Shown: positions 22,800 through 34,613 of the stretch, piece by piece
Layout: every line of letters begins with the position of its first letter
Numbering within the stretch: position 1 is the stretch's first letter
From: Dictyostelium discoideum
Lineage: Eukaryota
DNA: 64,000 nucleotides
Assembly (NCBI GenBank): GCA_000004695.1
Contig: CM000154.2
Location: 1,920,001-1,984,000 of the forward strand
Reading direction: 5' to 3'
Position numbers and translations under genes: made by a program
The notes under the pieces: generated by a model
What the model was told of the DNA's origin: nothing
Seen by the model: only the letters and a program-made list of their open reading frames with translations
The model's database searches: none

Positions 22800-24200
22800 T
22801 TAGTTAAAATTTTTGGAAAAAAATTGAGAGAGCTTCGCAGCAATTTCAATAATACTTACAGTCCAGCCTTTAACAAAATTGTAGTCAGGGTAGTTTGCAA
22901 TTGGGCCAATGGCAGTAACTGCTGGTGAAACATCACGAAGAAGGGTAGATGCAACACGTTGAACATCAGCAACTGTGATTTCATTAATACGTGTGTATAC
23001 CTCAAATGGTGATAAACGACGACCTAAAGTTAAAATTTGACGACCAATGCCTTCGCAAACTTTACTGGTACCATCGTATTGCATTAATGTGGTAGCTAAA
23101 AGTTTTTGTTTGTTACGTTCTACCTCATTTTTATTGCAACTAGTTGCGATTCTTTGCCATTCCTTCAACATTTCAGCAACTAAATCATCAACACGTTCTG
23201 GTTGACAAACACCATAGTTACCGAAAAGACCTGTATCTTGATAACAAGTGAAAAAGGTAGAATAAGATTCTGCAAGATCTTCAGTGGCAACAATTTCACC
23301 AAGGTTTGATGCAATGTTTTTACCGGCGGCAATACCACGATTCCAGTTACCAATCATAGTTTGAATTAATTCTAAAACAAAGTAATCTGGATCAGTCCAT
23401 GGAAGGGCTCTAACAGCAACGGCAAAATGAATCAATGGTTGTTCATCATCACGGACACGGAGTTCTGAACCAATAAAGTCATTGGTGATTGCGGCTCTCT
23501 TTACATCTTTAGAAACTTGTGACATCTTTACGTTTGCGAATTTCTCTTTAACTTGTTCAACGAGTTGTTCATGGTTAACTGCACCAGCAGCAGAGATAAC
23601 TAAACGATCACCAGTATAATTTTCATTGATAAATTCTTGAATTTGTTCACGAGTAATTGATTTAATATTTTCGACTGGACCTAAAATGGTTCTACCTAAT
23701 GCTGAACCTTGGAAAGCGGCGGCGTGTAATTGATCAAAGACAACTTCATCTTCTTTGGATTGAATATAATCGTTTTCACTGAGGATGGTGTCACGCTCTT
23801 GTTCAATTAATGAGGTTTCAAATTTACTATTTTGTAAGATATCAGAGAGGATATCAACGGCATTTGGTACGTTATCTTTTAAAACTTTCATGTAGTAAGC
23901 ACTGTGTTCACGACTAGTGAATGCATTTAAACTACCACCCATATTTTCAATTTCAGTTTCAATTGATTGTGGTGTTGGACGTTTGGCTGTACCTTTGAAA
24001 ATCATATGTTCTAAAAAGTGTGCTACACCATTATTCTTATCAGTTTCATAAACTGAACCACTATCAACCCAAACACCTACACTTGCAACTTCACCATATG
24101 TTTGTTCTGTTGCAACTCTAATACCATTTGATAATGTTGTAATTTTAGTTTCTGGTGAAATCTTTAAATATGATGGGTCAACTGTTTTTCTTGAAAATGA
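22800..24200 (-). CDS. mppB: mitochondrial processing peptidase beta subunit / core-1-like M16 peptidase (3' exon(s); 5' presequence exon not resolved)
   Basis: The minus-strand ORF, extended upstream to an AG acceptor at about 24200, encodes RSFSRKTVDPSYLKISPETKITTLSNGIRVATEQ...VGVWVDSGSVYETDKNNGVAHFLEHMIFKGTAKR (the M16 HxxEH inverted zinc motif, HFLEH), then ...LGRTILGPVENIKSITREQIQEF...NYPDYNFVKGW. The codon usage is GC-richer than the neighbours, suggesting high expression. The upstream exon carrying the initiator Met and targeting peptide could not be placed. Confidence 0.85.
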   Translation of the reverse strand, partial: SFSRKTVDPSYLKISPETKITTLSNGIRVATEQTYGEVASVGVWVDSGSVYETDKNNGVAHFLEHMIFKGTAKRPTPQSIETEIENMGGSLNAFTSREHSAYYMKVLKDNVPNAVDILSDILQNSKFETSLIEQERDTILSENDYIQSKEDEVVFDQLHAAAFQGSALGRTILGPVENIKSITREQIQEFINENYTGDRLVISAAGAVNHEQLVEQVKEKFANVKMSQVSKDVKRAAITNDFIGSELRVRDDEQPLIHFAVAVRALPWTDPDYFVLELIQTMIGNWNRGIAAGKNIASNLGEIVATEDLAESYSTFFTCYQDTGLFGNYGVCQPERVDDLVAEMLKEWQRIATSCNKNEVERNKQKLLATTLMQYDGTSKVCEGIGRQILTLGRRLSPFEVYTRINEITVADVQRVASTLLRDVSPAVTAIGPIANYPDYNFVKGWTVSIIEIAAKLSQFFSKNFN

Positions 24201-25087
24201 TCTCTAAAAATAATTTAAATTTTTATGTATATATATTTTTTATAATTATTTTTGTTAATCATTTGACATTTTTTTTTTTTTTTTTTTTTTTTTTATATAT
24301 TTATTTAATTAAAAATTTAATTATTTTTTTATTTAATTATTTATTTCATTTCATTTCATTCATTTTATTTATTTATTTTTTAAATATTTTTTTTTTTTTT
24401 TTGAAAGTGTGGTGAAGGTATTATAAAAAAAAAAAATTATGAGGCAAAAAAAAAAAATATATATATATATTTGTTTACACTACACCATAGTTATATAATC
24501 GATTAAAAAGAAGATTTAGATTTTTTTTCTTTTTTTATTTTTTCCTTAAAAATTATTTTTTATTTTTTTTAGTCTTTTTTTATTTGTGTGGTGGGTGAAT
24601 TAAAATAAAAAAATAAAACAATAGTTTTTTTATATTTTTAGTATAAAAACTATATTATTTCATTGAAACCTACAGAAAAGTTTTTAGTTGATTTAACAAA
24701 TAATTTGGTGATATTTGACATTCTATAGAAATTAATAATATATACTATTATGTTTATATACAACTCGAAAAATGATCAAAAATTTAAAAAATTAAAAAAA
24801 AAAATAAAAAAAAAAAAAAAAAAAAAAAACCAAAAAAAAAAAAAAATTAAAAAAATTAAAAAAAAAAAAATTTCGAAAAATGTTGAAAAAATTTTTTAAT
24901 GATACAATGAACTTCTGAATTAATATGCAAAAAAAAAAAAAAAACTAAAACACTAAAAATTAAAAATTTCATTGAAAATTTAATTAATCAAATTTAATTT
25001 AATCATTTTTTTATATTATTTATTTTTTCAATAATTAAAATGAATAATCGTTAAATTGAAAAAAAAATAAAAAACAATTTTCAAAAA

Positions 25088-25141
<54 letters not shown>

Positions 25142-25339
25142 CTTAAGTCTCAGTAACAAACTATTGAAATTTGGTCAAATACCCCAAATTAGTTTTTTTT
25201 TTTTTTTTTTTTTTATCTTTATTCAAAAAAATAAAAATATAAAAAAACAAATTCAAATTTAAATCTGATAAATTTGGGTGAAAATAAAATAATAAATATA
25301 TAAATAAATAAATAAAAAAAATAAGGTAATTAATAATTG

Positions 25340-25672
25340 ATATCGTTTTTTTTTTTTTTTTTTTTTTTAAAAAAAATTCCCCAAAAAAAAAAAAAAAAAA
25401 AAAACCAAAAAAAATTAAAAATTAAAAAAAGGGGGTTAAAAAAAAAAAAAAAAAAAATTTTTTTTAAATGGGGGGGGGGGAAATTTTTGGGGTTTTTTTT
25501 TAAAGGGAAAATAAACAAAAATTTTTTGGGAAATTCCCAAAAATTAAGGGGAAAAAAAAAAAAAAATTTCCCAAATTTTTTTTTTTTGGGGGGAAAAAAA
25601 AAAAAAAGGAACCCCCCCCCCCTTGGAAATTTTAAAAATTACCCAAAAAGGGAAAAAAAAGGGGGGGGGGGG

Positions 25673-25724
<52 letters not shown>

Positions 25725-25760
25725 CTTTAAAAATTCATTTTTTTTTTTTTTTTTTTTTTT
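25340..25760. other. probable low-quality sequence (G/C homopolymers inside A/T runs)
   Basis: Strings such as aatggggggggggaaatttttggggttttttttt and aaaaggaacccccccccccttgg. The ORFs called here (25337..25804 and others) are poly-K/F artefacts. Confidence 0.5.
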
Positions 25761-25872
25761 ATTTATTATTATTTTTATTTTTTGATATTAGCCAAATCAT
25801 ATAAAATTGTTTGTATTAAATATTTTAATCAAAAACCTTTAATATTACTTTTATATAATAATAATTATAATA

Positions 25873-25923
<51 letters not shown>

Positions 25924-25925
25924 TT

Positions 25926-25958
<33 letters not shown>

Positions 25959-26095
25959 TTTTAATTAAAATATTTTGAACATATACTTATTTTTTTTTTT
26001 TAAAAAAAAAAAAAAAAATTTTTTTTTAAAATTATTTTAGATATTTTTTAATTTTATTTGTAAATAATTAATTTGTATTTTTAAAAAAAAAAAAG

Positions 26096-27490
26096 ATGTC
26101 AGAAGCAACTATTGTTGAATTATTAAAAAGATTAGATCAAGCAACTACTCGTTTAGAAGCAGTTGAAAAATCAATTGCATCAGGTGTTGCATCATCATCA
26201 TCATCATCATCACCATCAAGTGGTGCAGCTGGTCCATCATCAGCATCAGTTAAGGAATTCCAAAATTTAGTTGATCAACATATTACACCATTTGTTGCTC
26301 TTTCAAAGAAATTAGCACCAGAAGTTGGTAATCAAGTTGAACAATTAGTTAAAGCCATCGATGCTGAAAAGGCCTTAATCAACACTGCATCACAAAGTAA
26401 AAAACCATCTCAAGAAACTTTATTAGAATTAATTAAACCATTAAATAACTTTGCCGCTGAAGTTGGTAAAATTAGAGATAGCAACCGTTCCTCAAAATTC
26501 TTTAACAATCTCTCTGCTATCAGTGAATCAATTGGTTTCCTTAGTTGGGTTGTAGTTGAACCAACTCCAGGTCCACATGTTGCAGAAATGAGAGGTTCAG
26601 CTGAATTCTACACTAATCGTATCTTAAAAGAATTCAAAGGTGTTAATCAAGATCAAGTTGATTGGGTTTCAAACTATGTAAACTTCCTTAAAGATCTCGA
26701 AAAATATATTAAACAATATCATACCACCGGTTTAACTTGGAATCCAAAAGGTGGAGATGCTAAATCTGCTACACCAGCACCAGCTTCATCAGCACCAGCC
26801 GCCCCAGTTGCACCAGCTGTTTCATCCACTCCAGTTGAATCAAAGAAAGGTCCAGGTTTAGGTGCAGTTTTCGGTGAACTTAGCAAAGGTGATGGTGTTA
26901 CCAGTGGTTTAAAAAAAGTTACCAACGATATGAAATCCAAAAATTTCACCGACAAATCATCAGTTGTTAAAGCTGCTGATACTAAAGTCGCCAAAGTTGA
27001 TGCTCCATCTAGACCAGCCGTTTTTGCTCTCCAAGGTAACAAATGGTCCATTGAATATCAAGTTAACAACAAAGAAATTGTCATTGCCGAGCCAGATAGT
27101 CGTCAAACTGTTTACATTTTCCAATGTGTAAACTCTTTAGTTCAAATCAAAGGTAAAGTTAATGCAATTACTCTTGATGGTTGTAAAAAGACTTCAATCG
27201 TTTTCGAAAATGCCATTTCCTCTTGTGAAGTTGTCAATTGTAATGGTGTTGAAATCCAAGTCACTGGTCGTGTACCATCAATTGCTATCGATAAGACAAG
27301 TGGTTGTCAAATTTATCTCTCTAAAGATTCTTTAGAAACTGAAATCGTCTCTTCAAAATCATCTGAAATGAATGTTTTAATTCCAGGTGCAACTGAAAAT
27401 GATGATTTAGTTGAATTAGCTATTCCAGAACAATATAAAACTTCTGTTAAAGGTAATAAATTACATACTGAATCAACTTCACATATTTAA
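26096..27490 (+). CDS. cap: adenylyl cyclase-associated protein (CAP), single exon, 464 aa
   Basis: Full-length ORF. The N-terminal helical domain starts MSEATIVELLKRLDQATTRLEAVE. A central Pro/Ala-rich linker (ATPAPASSAPAAPVAPAV) is followed by a verprolin-like PGLGAVFGEL and a C-terminal beta-helix (CARP) domain (...NKWSIEYQVNN...VQIKGKVNAITLDGCKKTSIVFENAISSCEVVNCNGVEIQV...). GC-richer codon usage is typical of an abundant cytoskeletal protein. The length matches Dictyostelium CAP. Confidence 0.93.
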   Translation: MSEATIVELLKRLDQATTRLEAVEKSIASGVASSSSSSSPSSGAAGPSSASVKEFQNLVDQHITPFVALSKKLAPEVGNQVEQLVKAIDAEKALINTASQSKKPSQETLLELIKPLNNFAAEVGKIRDSNRSSKFFNNLSAISESIGFLSWVVVEPTPGPHVAEMRGSAEFYTNRILKEFKGVNQDQVDWVSNYVNFLKDLEKYIKQYHTTGLTWNPKGGDAKSATPAPASSAPAAPVAPAVSSTPVESKKGPGLGAVFGELSKGDGVTSGLKKVTNDMKSKNFTDKSSVVKAADTKVAKVDAPSRPAVFALQGNKWSIEYQVNNKEIVIAEPDSRQTVYIFQCVNSLVQIKGKVNAITLDGCKKTSIVFENAISSCEVVNCNGVEIQVTGRVPSIAIDKTSGCQIYLSKDSLETEIVSSKSSEMNVLIPGATENDDLVELAIPEQYKTSVKGNKLHTESTSHI

Positions 27491-28903
27491 AAAAAAAATT
27501 TTTTAAATTTATAAATAAAAAAAAAAAAATAAAATAAAAAAATAAAAAAAAAAATTAATAAATTTATATATATATATTTATATGTATTAAAAAAAAAAAA
27601 AAAATGATAAAAAAAAAAAAAAAAAAAATAATAATGATCATTAAACTTTTAACTTAATTTTCATTTTTTTAAATATTTTTTTAATATTGAAAACCACCAT
27701 TTAAATGATTTATAAGGAGAATGGCTATCCATTTGGGTAATTTTGTTATTTTTTTTAACTCAATAGCAATTGCTCACTGCAGAAGGGTAAAGTTTCTCTA
27801 TATTGCTTCTGCTATATTGATTTAGTTGCCACAATCTTATTCTATTATTATTTTTAATAGTGCTTGTAAAAAAAAAAAAAAGAAAACAATGATCTTCATT
27901 TAATTAATAGTGAGTAGTTTGGTTGTAGAGGGAGTTAAAAGAATTATATTTTATTATATGTAATTATATTTATATTTTATTTATTTATTGAATAACTATA
28001 TTTAATTTATATATCCTTAATAATTTAATTTAGTTTAATTTAATTTTTATTTTAATTATATATTTATTTTTTTATTTAATTTTCTTTTTAACATATTTAT
28101 ATTTAGGAGATAATAAACTGAAAATAAATAAATTTTCATTTTCATTTTATACTATATAAAATGAGTTGACATAATTTACTAAAAGAGAATAATTAAAATA
28201 ATATAATAATTTTGTAAAAAATTAATTTATATTAATTATTGAAAACACTAAAAAAAGAATATATATAGAAACAAATGATTTTAAAATAAGTGAATAATAC
28301 AAAATAATTATTGTAACAAATAACTGTTGGTTTCGTTAAATAGTTGTGAAAAATTACTATCATAAAACAGTTGGTATGGATTCTTTTTTTAATACTTAAA
28401 CCATTTTCAACTCACTCTCTCATACATTGGTTCTTTTTTTATTTTCACCCTCTAAAACTGAACGATGGTAAATATCAATATATAGCATATTTCATTTGAA
28501 CACACCATTTTCCAAACTCTAAAACCAAGTTTTATATTGGTTTTCAAGGTAAATATTGAACAGAAACATAATTCCCATCATAATCAACTATATCCTCATC
28601 GATTGAATTAGAGTTGGTGAAATCAATGATTGGGTGTTGTTTAACATTTTCAAAAAAAAATCTCAAATTTTATAAAGATACTATCACTCAATTCTAAATT
28701 TGGTGTTTGATGGTTTGTGTATACTAGTACCTCTAGAAGGACTAATAGTATTTATTTATTTTAATTATATTTATTTTTTTATTTATTTTATTTTATTAAT
28801 TCTATTTTTTTAAAAATATCTTTAATTAATTTATTTAACCTTAATTCTTTAATTTTAATAAATTTAATTTTAACATTAATTTATTATTTATTTATTTTAT
28901 TTT

Positions 28904-28945
<42 letters not shown>

Positions 28946-29844
28946 TAACATATGTTTGATTGTTGAGTAATATCCTAATAAAACTGACAATAATAATAAT
29001 ATTTTATTTTACATTTTATACTATATAAAATTAGTTGAAATCATTTATATTTTTCTAATTTAATTATTTTTTAGATATAATTAAATATAATAATTATTAT
29101 AACAAACGACTAATGCTTTCATTGTACATTTGTAACTCCATCTTCTCACCCATTTCCATCAAATTCTCCCTTTTTCATAATTCTATCTAGATTAATACAT
29201 TATTTCCTGCGTAATTGATAAACCCATATTAATCTTAATATTTCCTGTAGTTTTATTTTTGATAGGTCTAAAATTTTTGTTGACATATATTTTTTTTAAA
29301 ATCAAAATGGTTATTTCCTACCACTAGTTTCAATATTTGGTTCCTCTAGAATGTCTCTGGAATTTCTTCTTCCCCATTTGAAAACTCATTTTCACTCTCA
29401 TCCATTTTTCATTAAAAAAAGTTTAATTTTTGACCTTTATTAAATGCTGTTGTTGGTTTTTTTTTTATAAAATAAAATGGAAAAATTTCATTTAAAGTGT
29501 ATTGTAACATGACCACCATGAAATTGTCATTTTTTTTTTTTTTTTATTTTTTATTTAAATTATAAACTTTTTAATAATGCTCCAAAAAAAAAAAAAAAAT
29601 TTTAAATAAAAAAATAATATCCCTAAAAAAAAAAACAACAAATGGTACATAAAAAGTAAAATAATATTTTTGGAGGCAAGATCCCCAATAAAAAGGTTGG
29701 TGAAATAATAAAAAAATAACATATTAACCGCACTCAATGTGCTTGGGAACACATTAAATTTTAATATTTATTGATTAATTTTCAATTTTTTTTTTTCATT
29801 TTTAAATATAATTTGTCATATATTACACGTTAATAAAAAAAATT

Positions 29845-29876
<32 letters not shown>

Positions 29877-30276
29877 TAAAAACAGAAAATCTTGGTAACT
29901 GAATTTTGGTAAAGGTGCTTAAAATATGGTACTTTTTAAAAAAAAAAAGATATTTTTTTTTTTTTTTTTTTAATTTAATTTCGTTTAATTTTTTTTTTTT
30001 TTTTTATTAATTTTTTTTTTTTTTTTTTCTAATTTTTTTTTTTTTTTTTTATTTAATCAAATGTAATGAAAACCACACATTCAAACACAATTAAATAATA
30101 ATCAATCTATTCAACAATATAAATTATAATAAAATTAATAATAATAATAAATAATAATAAAAAAAATAAAAAAATATAAATTATTATTTTATTTTATTTT
30201 ATTTTTTCTTTTTTTAATATTATTATTATTATTGATATAATAGTGTAATAATTAATAATTATTTATAAATTTAAAA

Positions 30277-31758
30277 ATGCAAGAATTACTTTATCAAAAT
30301 TTAAATGATAAAAATGAATTAAAAGTTGAATCACCAAATTTAAATAGTTTTAATAATAGTAATAATAATAATAATAATTATAATAATAATAATAATAAAA
30401 TTTTAAAAATTTTAAAAATAATTTATTATAAATTAAAATATTATTTTAAAAGTTTTAAAATATTTTTAAAAAATAATTTAAAATTAATTTTAAAAAGAAT
30501 TTTTGGTCAATTATGTTTTTTAGCATTAATTTTTGGAATTATTACACCAATTTCAATTTATATTTATAATAATTCACCAAGTAAATATCTTAGTAGTGAA
30601 TTATTATTTTCACCAGAGAATTCAACTTATTCACCAATTTTACAAAATATTTCAATTTATGATCAACAATATTTTCCAAATCAATGGGATGATGTAAATG
30701 TTTTATTGGATACTCATTCACATACTTATTATTCAGACGGTTCATTATCACCAGAAGAGAATATAAAATGGCATATTTTAAATGGATATAATGTTATGTT
30801 TATGACTGATCATAATCAAGTCTATGGTGGATTAGTTGGTATGAAAATTGCACAAGAGAAATATTCCGATAAAATATTAGTTATACCAGGTATTGAGTGG
30901 ACAAATTGTAGATGTCATTTAAATTTAATTGGTATAACAGAGAATGTACCTTTAATAAAGTATCCAACAGATGAAGAAATTAAAAATTTAATTGATTTAG
31001 TTCATTCAAAAGGTGGTCTAGTTATATTGAATCATTATCCATGGAGTAGTTGGTCAGGTTTAGATCAACCTTCAATTCAACAATGGTATGATTGGGGTAT
31101 TGATTTTTTGGAAGTTGCAAATCAATATACATTTGATTATCAAGGTATGATATTTTGTAAAAATCATAATCTTCGTTATGTTAGTGGTTCAGATTTTCAT
31201 TATTATCAAAGAGCATATGCTTGGACAGTTTTTAATATACCTGAATTAGGTAACACTGGTAAAATACCAACTCAAGAAATGGTAATGTCAACCCTCTTAA
31301 ATACTTCAACTAAAACTTCATTTGCTTTTGATCCAGTTGCAAGTAATACAATTATGGTTGAATTTCAATTTACAAAATTTAATCCAACTTGGATTTTCCT
31401 TTCACCTTGGATTTATTTGGGTGGTTTCTTTCATAGTTTTTTCGAATTAAAAAAAGGAATGTATAGTTTTGTTGATGGTAGTTGTACTGGTCAAACTCTA
31501 GATATTCATTCAAAAGAAATTTCTTGTTTAATTTTTTGGATTTTTTTAATTTTCTTTTTAATTCATTTTTTAAATATTTTAATTTTAATTTTAAAAAATT
31601 TTTTATTAAATTTATTTAAAAAAATTAAAAATTTTTTAAAATTAAATAATAAAATTAAAACACCAAAATTTAAAAGTAAAAATTTTAATTTAGATAATAG
31701 TGAAGAATTAGTATCAACAAATGAAATAAATAATTTTAAAATAAGTGAAGATTTTTAA
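30277..31758 (+). CDS. PHP-domain (polymerase/histidinol-phosphatase-like) metal-dependent phosphoesterase with hydrophobic N- and C-terminal segments
   Basis: The LLDTHSHTYYSDGSLSPEE motif (PHP HxH...DG) is followed by MFMTDHN and EVANQYT. Hydrophobic stretches LCFLALIFGIITPISIYIY and CLIFWIFLIFFLIHFLNILILIL flank the domain. The 5' part (KILKILKIIYYKLKYYF...) is AT-rich and may contain an unrecognised intron. Confidence 0.65.
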   Translation: MQELLYQNLNDKNELKVESPNLNSFNNSNNNNNNYNNNNNKILKILKIIYYKLKYYFKSFKIFLKNNLKLILKRIFGQLCFLALIFGIITPISIYIYNNSPSKYLSSELLFSPENSTYSPILQNISIYDQQYFPNQWDDVNVLLDTHSHTYYSDGSLSPEENIKWHILNGYNVMFMTDHNQVYGGLVGMKIAQEKYSDKILVIPGIEWTNCRCHLNLIGITENVPLIKYPTDEEIKNLIDLVHSKGGLVILNHYPWSSWSGLDQPSIQQWYDWGIDFLEVANQYTFDYQGMIFCKNHNLRYVSGSDFHYYQRAYAWTVFNIPELGNTGKIPTQEMVMSTLLNTSTKTSFAFDPVASNTIMVEFQFTKFNPTWIFLSPWIYLGGFFHSFFELKKGMYSFVDGSCTGQTLDIHSKEISCLIFWIFLIFFLIHFLNILILILKNFLLNLFKKIKNFLKLNNKIKTPKFKSKNFNLDNSEELVSTNEINNFKISEDF

Positions 31759-31921
31759 AAATAAATAAAAAAAAATTTTAAAAAATAAAAAATAAAAAAA
31801 AATTTTAAAAAAATATATTTATATAATTTAAAAATAATTAAATAATTTAATAAATAATTTTTTTTTATTTTTATTTTTTTTTTTTTTTTCTTTTTTTTTT
31901 TTTAATTTAAAATTGTTTTTT

Positions 31922-33292
31922 TTAATTTAAAATTGATCTACAAGATGGACAACATAAATCTGGATCTTGATAAATTTCTTCACCTGGGAAACAATTAAGT
32001 TTAAAACAATTTGAATGATTACAAGTTGGTCTACATTGTTTACAACATTGATCATCTGGCTGATAAAGTTCATAACCATTTGCACAAAATATTAATGGAC
32101 AGAAAATATTTGAACAATCTTTTTTACATTTTCTTGGACAACATTCACCAATTTCAGTGAATGGTGAATATCCTGGTTGACAGAAAATTGGTGGACAATA
32201 AACCAATTTACAATTTGGAACGCAAGTATTTGGACAACAATCAGTTTCATTTAAAAGTGGAACAAATCCATCTGGACAATTTAATGGTGGACAATGATAT
32301 TGTGGATCACATTTACATGAACTTGGGCAACAATCACCTGGTGCTGTATATGGTAATTTACCAATTGGACAGAAATATGGAGGACATGGTCTATTTGGAT
32401 TACATTGACATGAACTTGGGCAACAATCACCTGGTTTAGTATATGGTAATTTACCATCTGGACAAATGTATGGGAGACATGGTGTACTTGAATCACATTG
32501 ACATGAACTTGGACAACAATCACCTGGTCTTGTATATGGTACTTGACCTATTGGACAGAAATATGGAGGACATGGTCTATTTGGATTACATTGACATGAA
32601 CTTGGACAACAATCACCTGGTTTAGTATATGGAGTTTGACCTTCTGGACAGAAATATGGAGGACATGGTCTACTTGAATCACATTTACATGAACTTGGAC
32701 AACAATCACCTGGTCCTGTATATGGTACTTGACCTATTGGACAGAAATATGGAGGACATGGTCTACTTGGATCACATTTACATGAACTTGGACAACATTC
32801 ACCTGGTTTTGTATATGGTACTTGACCGTCTGGACAAAAATATGGAAGGCATGGTCTACTTGGATCACAAATACATCTACTGGGACAACAATCACCTGGT
32901 GCTGTATATTCTTTATAACCTGGTGCACAACCTAATAAAGGACAAACATTATTTGGTCTACAAACACATTCTGGACAACATTTATCATCAGCTTTAAATG
33001 GAATTTTATCACCTTCACATCTAATGAATGGACAATCAGATGGTGCTGGACAAATTGTACATACTGGACAACATGAATTTGGTGGTCTAATTAAATCATA
33101 ACCTGGTTTACAAACTGGAATTAAACATCTTACATTATTACATTCCAAATCTTGTGCGGCCAAAACTGTTGAATTATCAGTAGATGTTGAATTTAATGGT
33201 GAGCTTTCTTCACCAAATACTTTTAATAAATTATTACTTGAAAATAATAACAAACATATTGAAAATATTATTAAACTATTTAGTTTTACCAT
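31922..33292 (-). CDS. secreted cysteine-rich tandem-repeat protein (about ten 34-aa Cys-rich modules)
   Basis: Signal-peptide-like MVKLNSLIIFSICLLLFSSNNLL. The module CPPYFCPIGQVPYT(K/G/R)PGDCCPSSC(K/Q)C(D/N)P(S/N)RP is repeated with minor variation. No intron is evident. Confidence 0.7.
   Translation of the reverse strand: MVKLNSLIIFSICLLLFSSNNLLKVFGEESSPLNSTSTDNSTVLAAQDLECNNVRCLIPVCKPGYDLIRPPNSCCPVCTICPAPSDCPFIRCEGDKIPFKADDKCCPECVCRPNNVCPLLGCAPGYKEYTAPGDCCPSRCICDPSRPCLPYFCPDGQVPYTKPGECCPSSCKCDPSRPCPPYFCPIGQVPYTGPGDCCPSSCKCDSSRPCPPYFCPEGQTPYTKPGDCCPSSCQCNPNRPCPPYFCPIGQVPYTRPGDCCPSSCQCDSSTPCLPYICPDGKLPYTKPGDCCPSSCQCNPNRPCPPYFCPIGKLPYTAPGDCCPSSCKCDPQYHCPPLNCPDGFVPLLNETDCCPNTCVPNCKLVYCPPIFCQPGYSPFTEIGECCPRKCKKDCSNIFCPLIFCANGYELYQPDDQCCKQCRPTCNHSNCFKLNCFPGEEIYQDPDLCCPSCRSILN
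32190..32900. repeat. about 102-bp tandem repeat (about 7 copies) within the Cys-rich protein CDS
   Basis: The unit ...catgaacttggacaacaatcacctggt...tatggtacttgacc(t/g)(a/t)ttggacagaaatatggaggacatggtctacttggatcaca... recurs with about 90% identity. It generates spurious antisense ORFs 32161..32997. Confidence 0.85.
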
Positions 33293-33363
33293 TTTTTATA
33301 TAAAAAAAAAACAATCACATATATTGTTTTTATTTTAAATTTTTTTTTTTAAATTTTTTTTAA

Positions 33364-33398
<35 letters not shown>

Positions 33399-34613
33399 AT
33401 ATATATATATAATAAAATAAGATAATTAATTAAATAAATAAGATTGATATTTAAATTTGAATTGATTTTAAAAAAAAATAAAATTGTATTTATACTTAAA
33501 AAATTTAAAAGTTAAAATATAAAACTTTGAAATTTTATTTTTACATTTCCAATTATAGTTTTATAAATAGTAATACCATAATTAACCCCCCTTTTAAATT
33601 TGTAAAAATTTTATTTTTTTTTTATTTTTTTTTTTTTTTTGGTGTGGTTTTTTTTTAGATAAGGGAATTTAAAAATAGTAAAAGAAAATTTAATTTTGAT
33701 TATAATTAAAATAGAAAAGAGGTAATGATTAAATATTTTTTTAAATTAATATAAACATTCAAATTTTACTTGGAAAAAAATAATATTAATAAAAAAAAAA
33801 TTAATATTTATTTGTTTTTTTTTTTTTTTTTTTCTATACGATTTAATTTTATTTATTTATAATATGAATTTAGTATGGTAAAAATATAATACTCAAAATT
33901 ACACAATTTGATTTAAAATAAAAAATGAATGTAACCATTATATATATATATATATAATTTTTTTTTTTTTTTTTTTTTTTATAATTATCAATCATTAAAA
34001 AAAAAAAAATTTTTATAGTCTCTAACTTGGATGTTATAGACATAGAGTAATGATTAAAAATTTTTTTAATTTTTTCTCTTTTTTTTTTTTTTTAGAAATT
34101 AGATATTAGTAAAAAAAAGGATCACACCTTTGTTTTTTTTTTTTTTTTTTTTTTTTATTTTTTTTTTTTATTTTTTTTTTAAAATATTAAGAATCAAATT
34201 ATCTTATGTTCATTACAAACCCCCTCAGTTTTTCATTATTTTTTGAACCAAAAAACATCTGTTTAGATTTAAGACCCAAATATAATTTAATATTTCCATA
34301 TTTCAACAAAAAAAAATAAAATAAAAAAAAAAAATAAAATTCTAAAAATGATAATATTAAAATCAAATCTATTTCTATAAAAATTCAAATTTGAAATAAA
34401 AAATAATAAAAAAGGAATTTTTTTTAAAAATCTATTATCAAAAAACAAAAAATTGTATATTTAAATATATGAAAAAATTTTTTTTTTTCTTTTTTTTTTT
34501 TTTCAACATATACATAAAAAAAAAAAAAAAAAAAAGATATATATCTCTAAAATTAATCAAATTATTTATTATTTTTTATATTTTAATTTTTAAAATTAAT
34601 TTATTTTTTTAAT

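Noticed and set aside
25337-25964. ORFs encoding poly-K/F/G peptides
   Set aside because: They lie in probable low-quality homopolymer sequence and have no coding-like complexity.
26719-27051. 110-aa minus-strand ORF inside cap
   Set aside because: Antisense of a GC-richer, Ala/Pro-rich stretch of a well-supported gene.
29555-29752. 65-aa hydrophobic minus-strand ORF
   Set aside because: AT-rich frame with F/L/I bias and no supporting signals. Probably non-coding.
32161-32997. Plus-strand ORFs (MVNILVDRKLVDN..., MEFDLLDRNMEDMVYL...)
   Set aside because: Antisense frames of the 102-bp tandem repeat in the Cys-rich gene. The periodic repeats keep the frames open.
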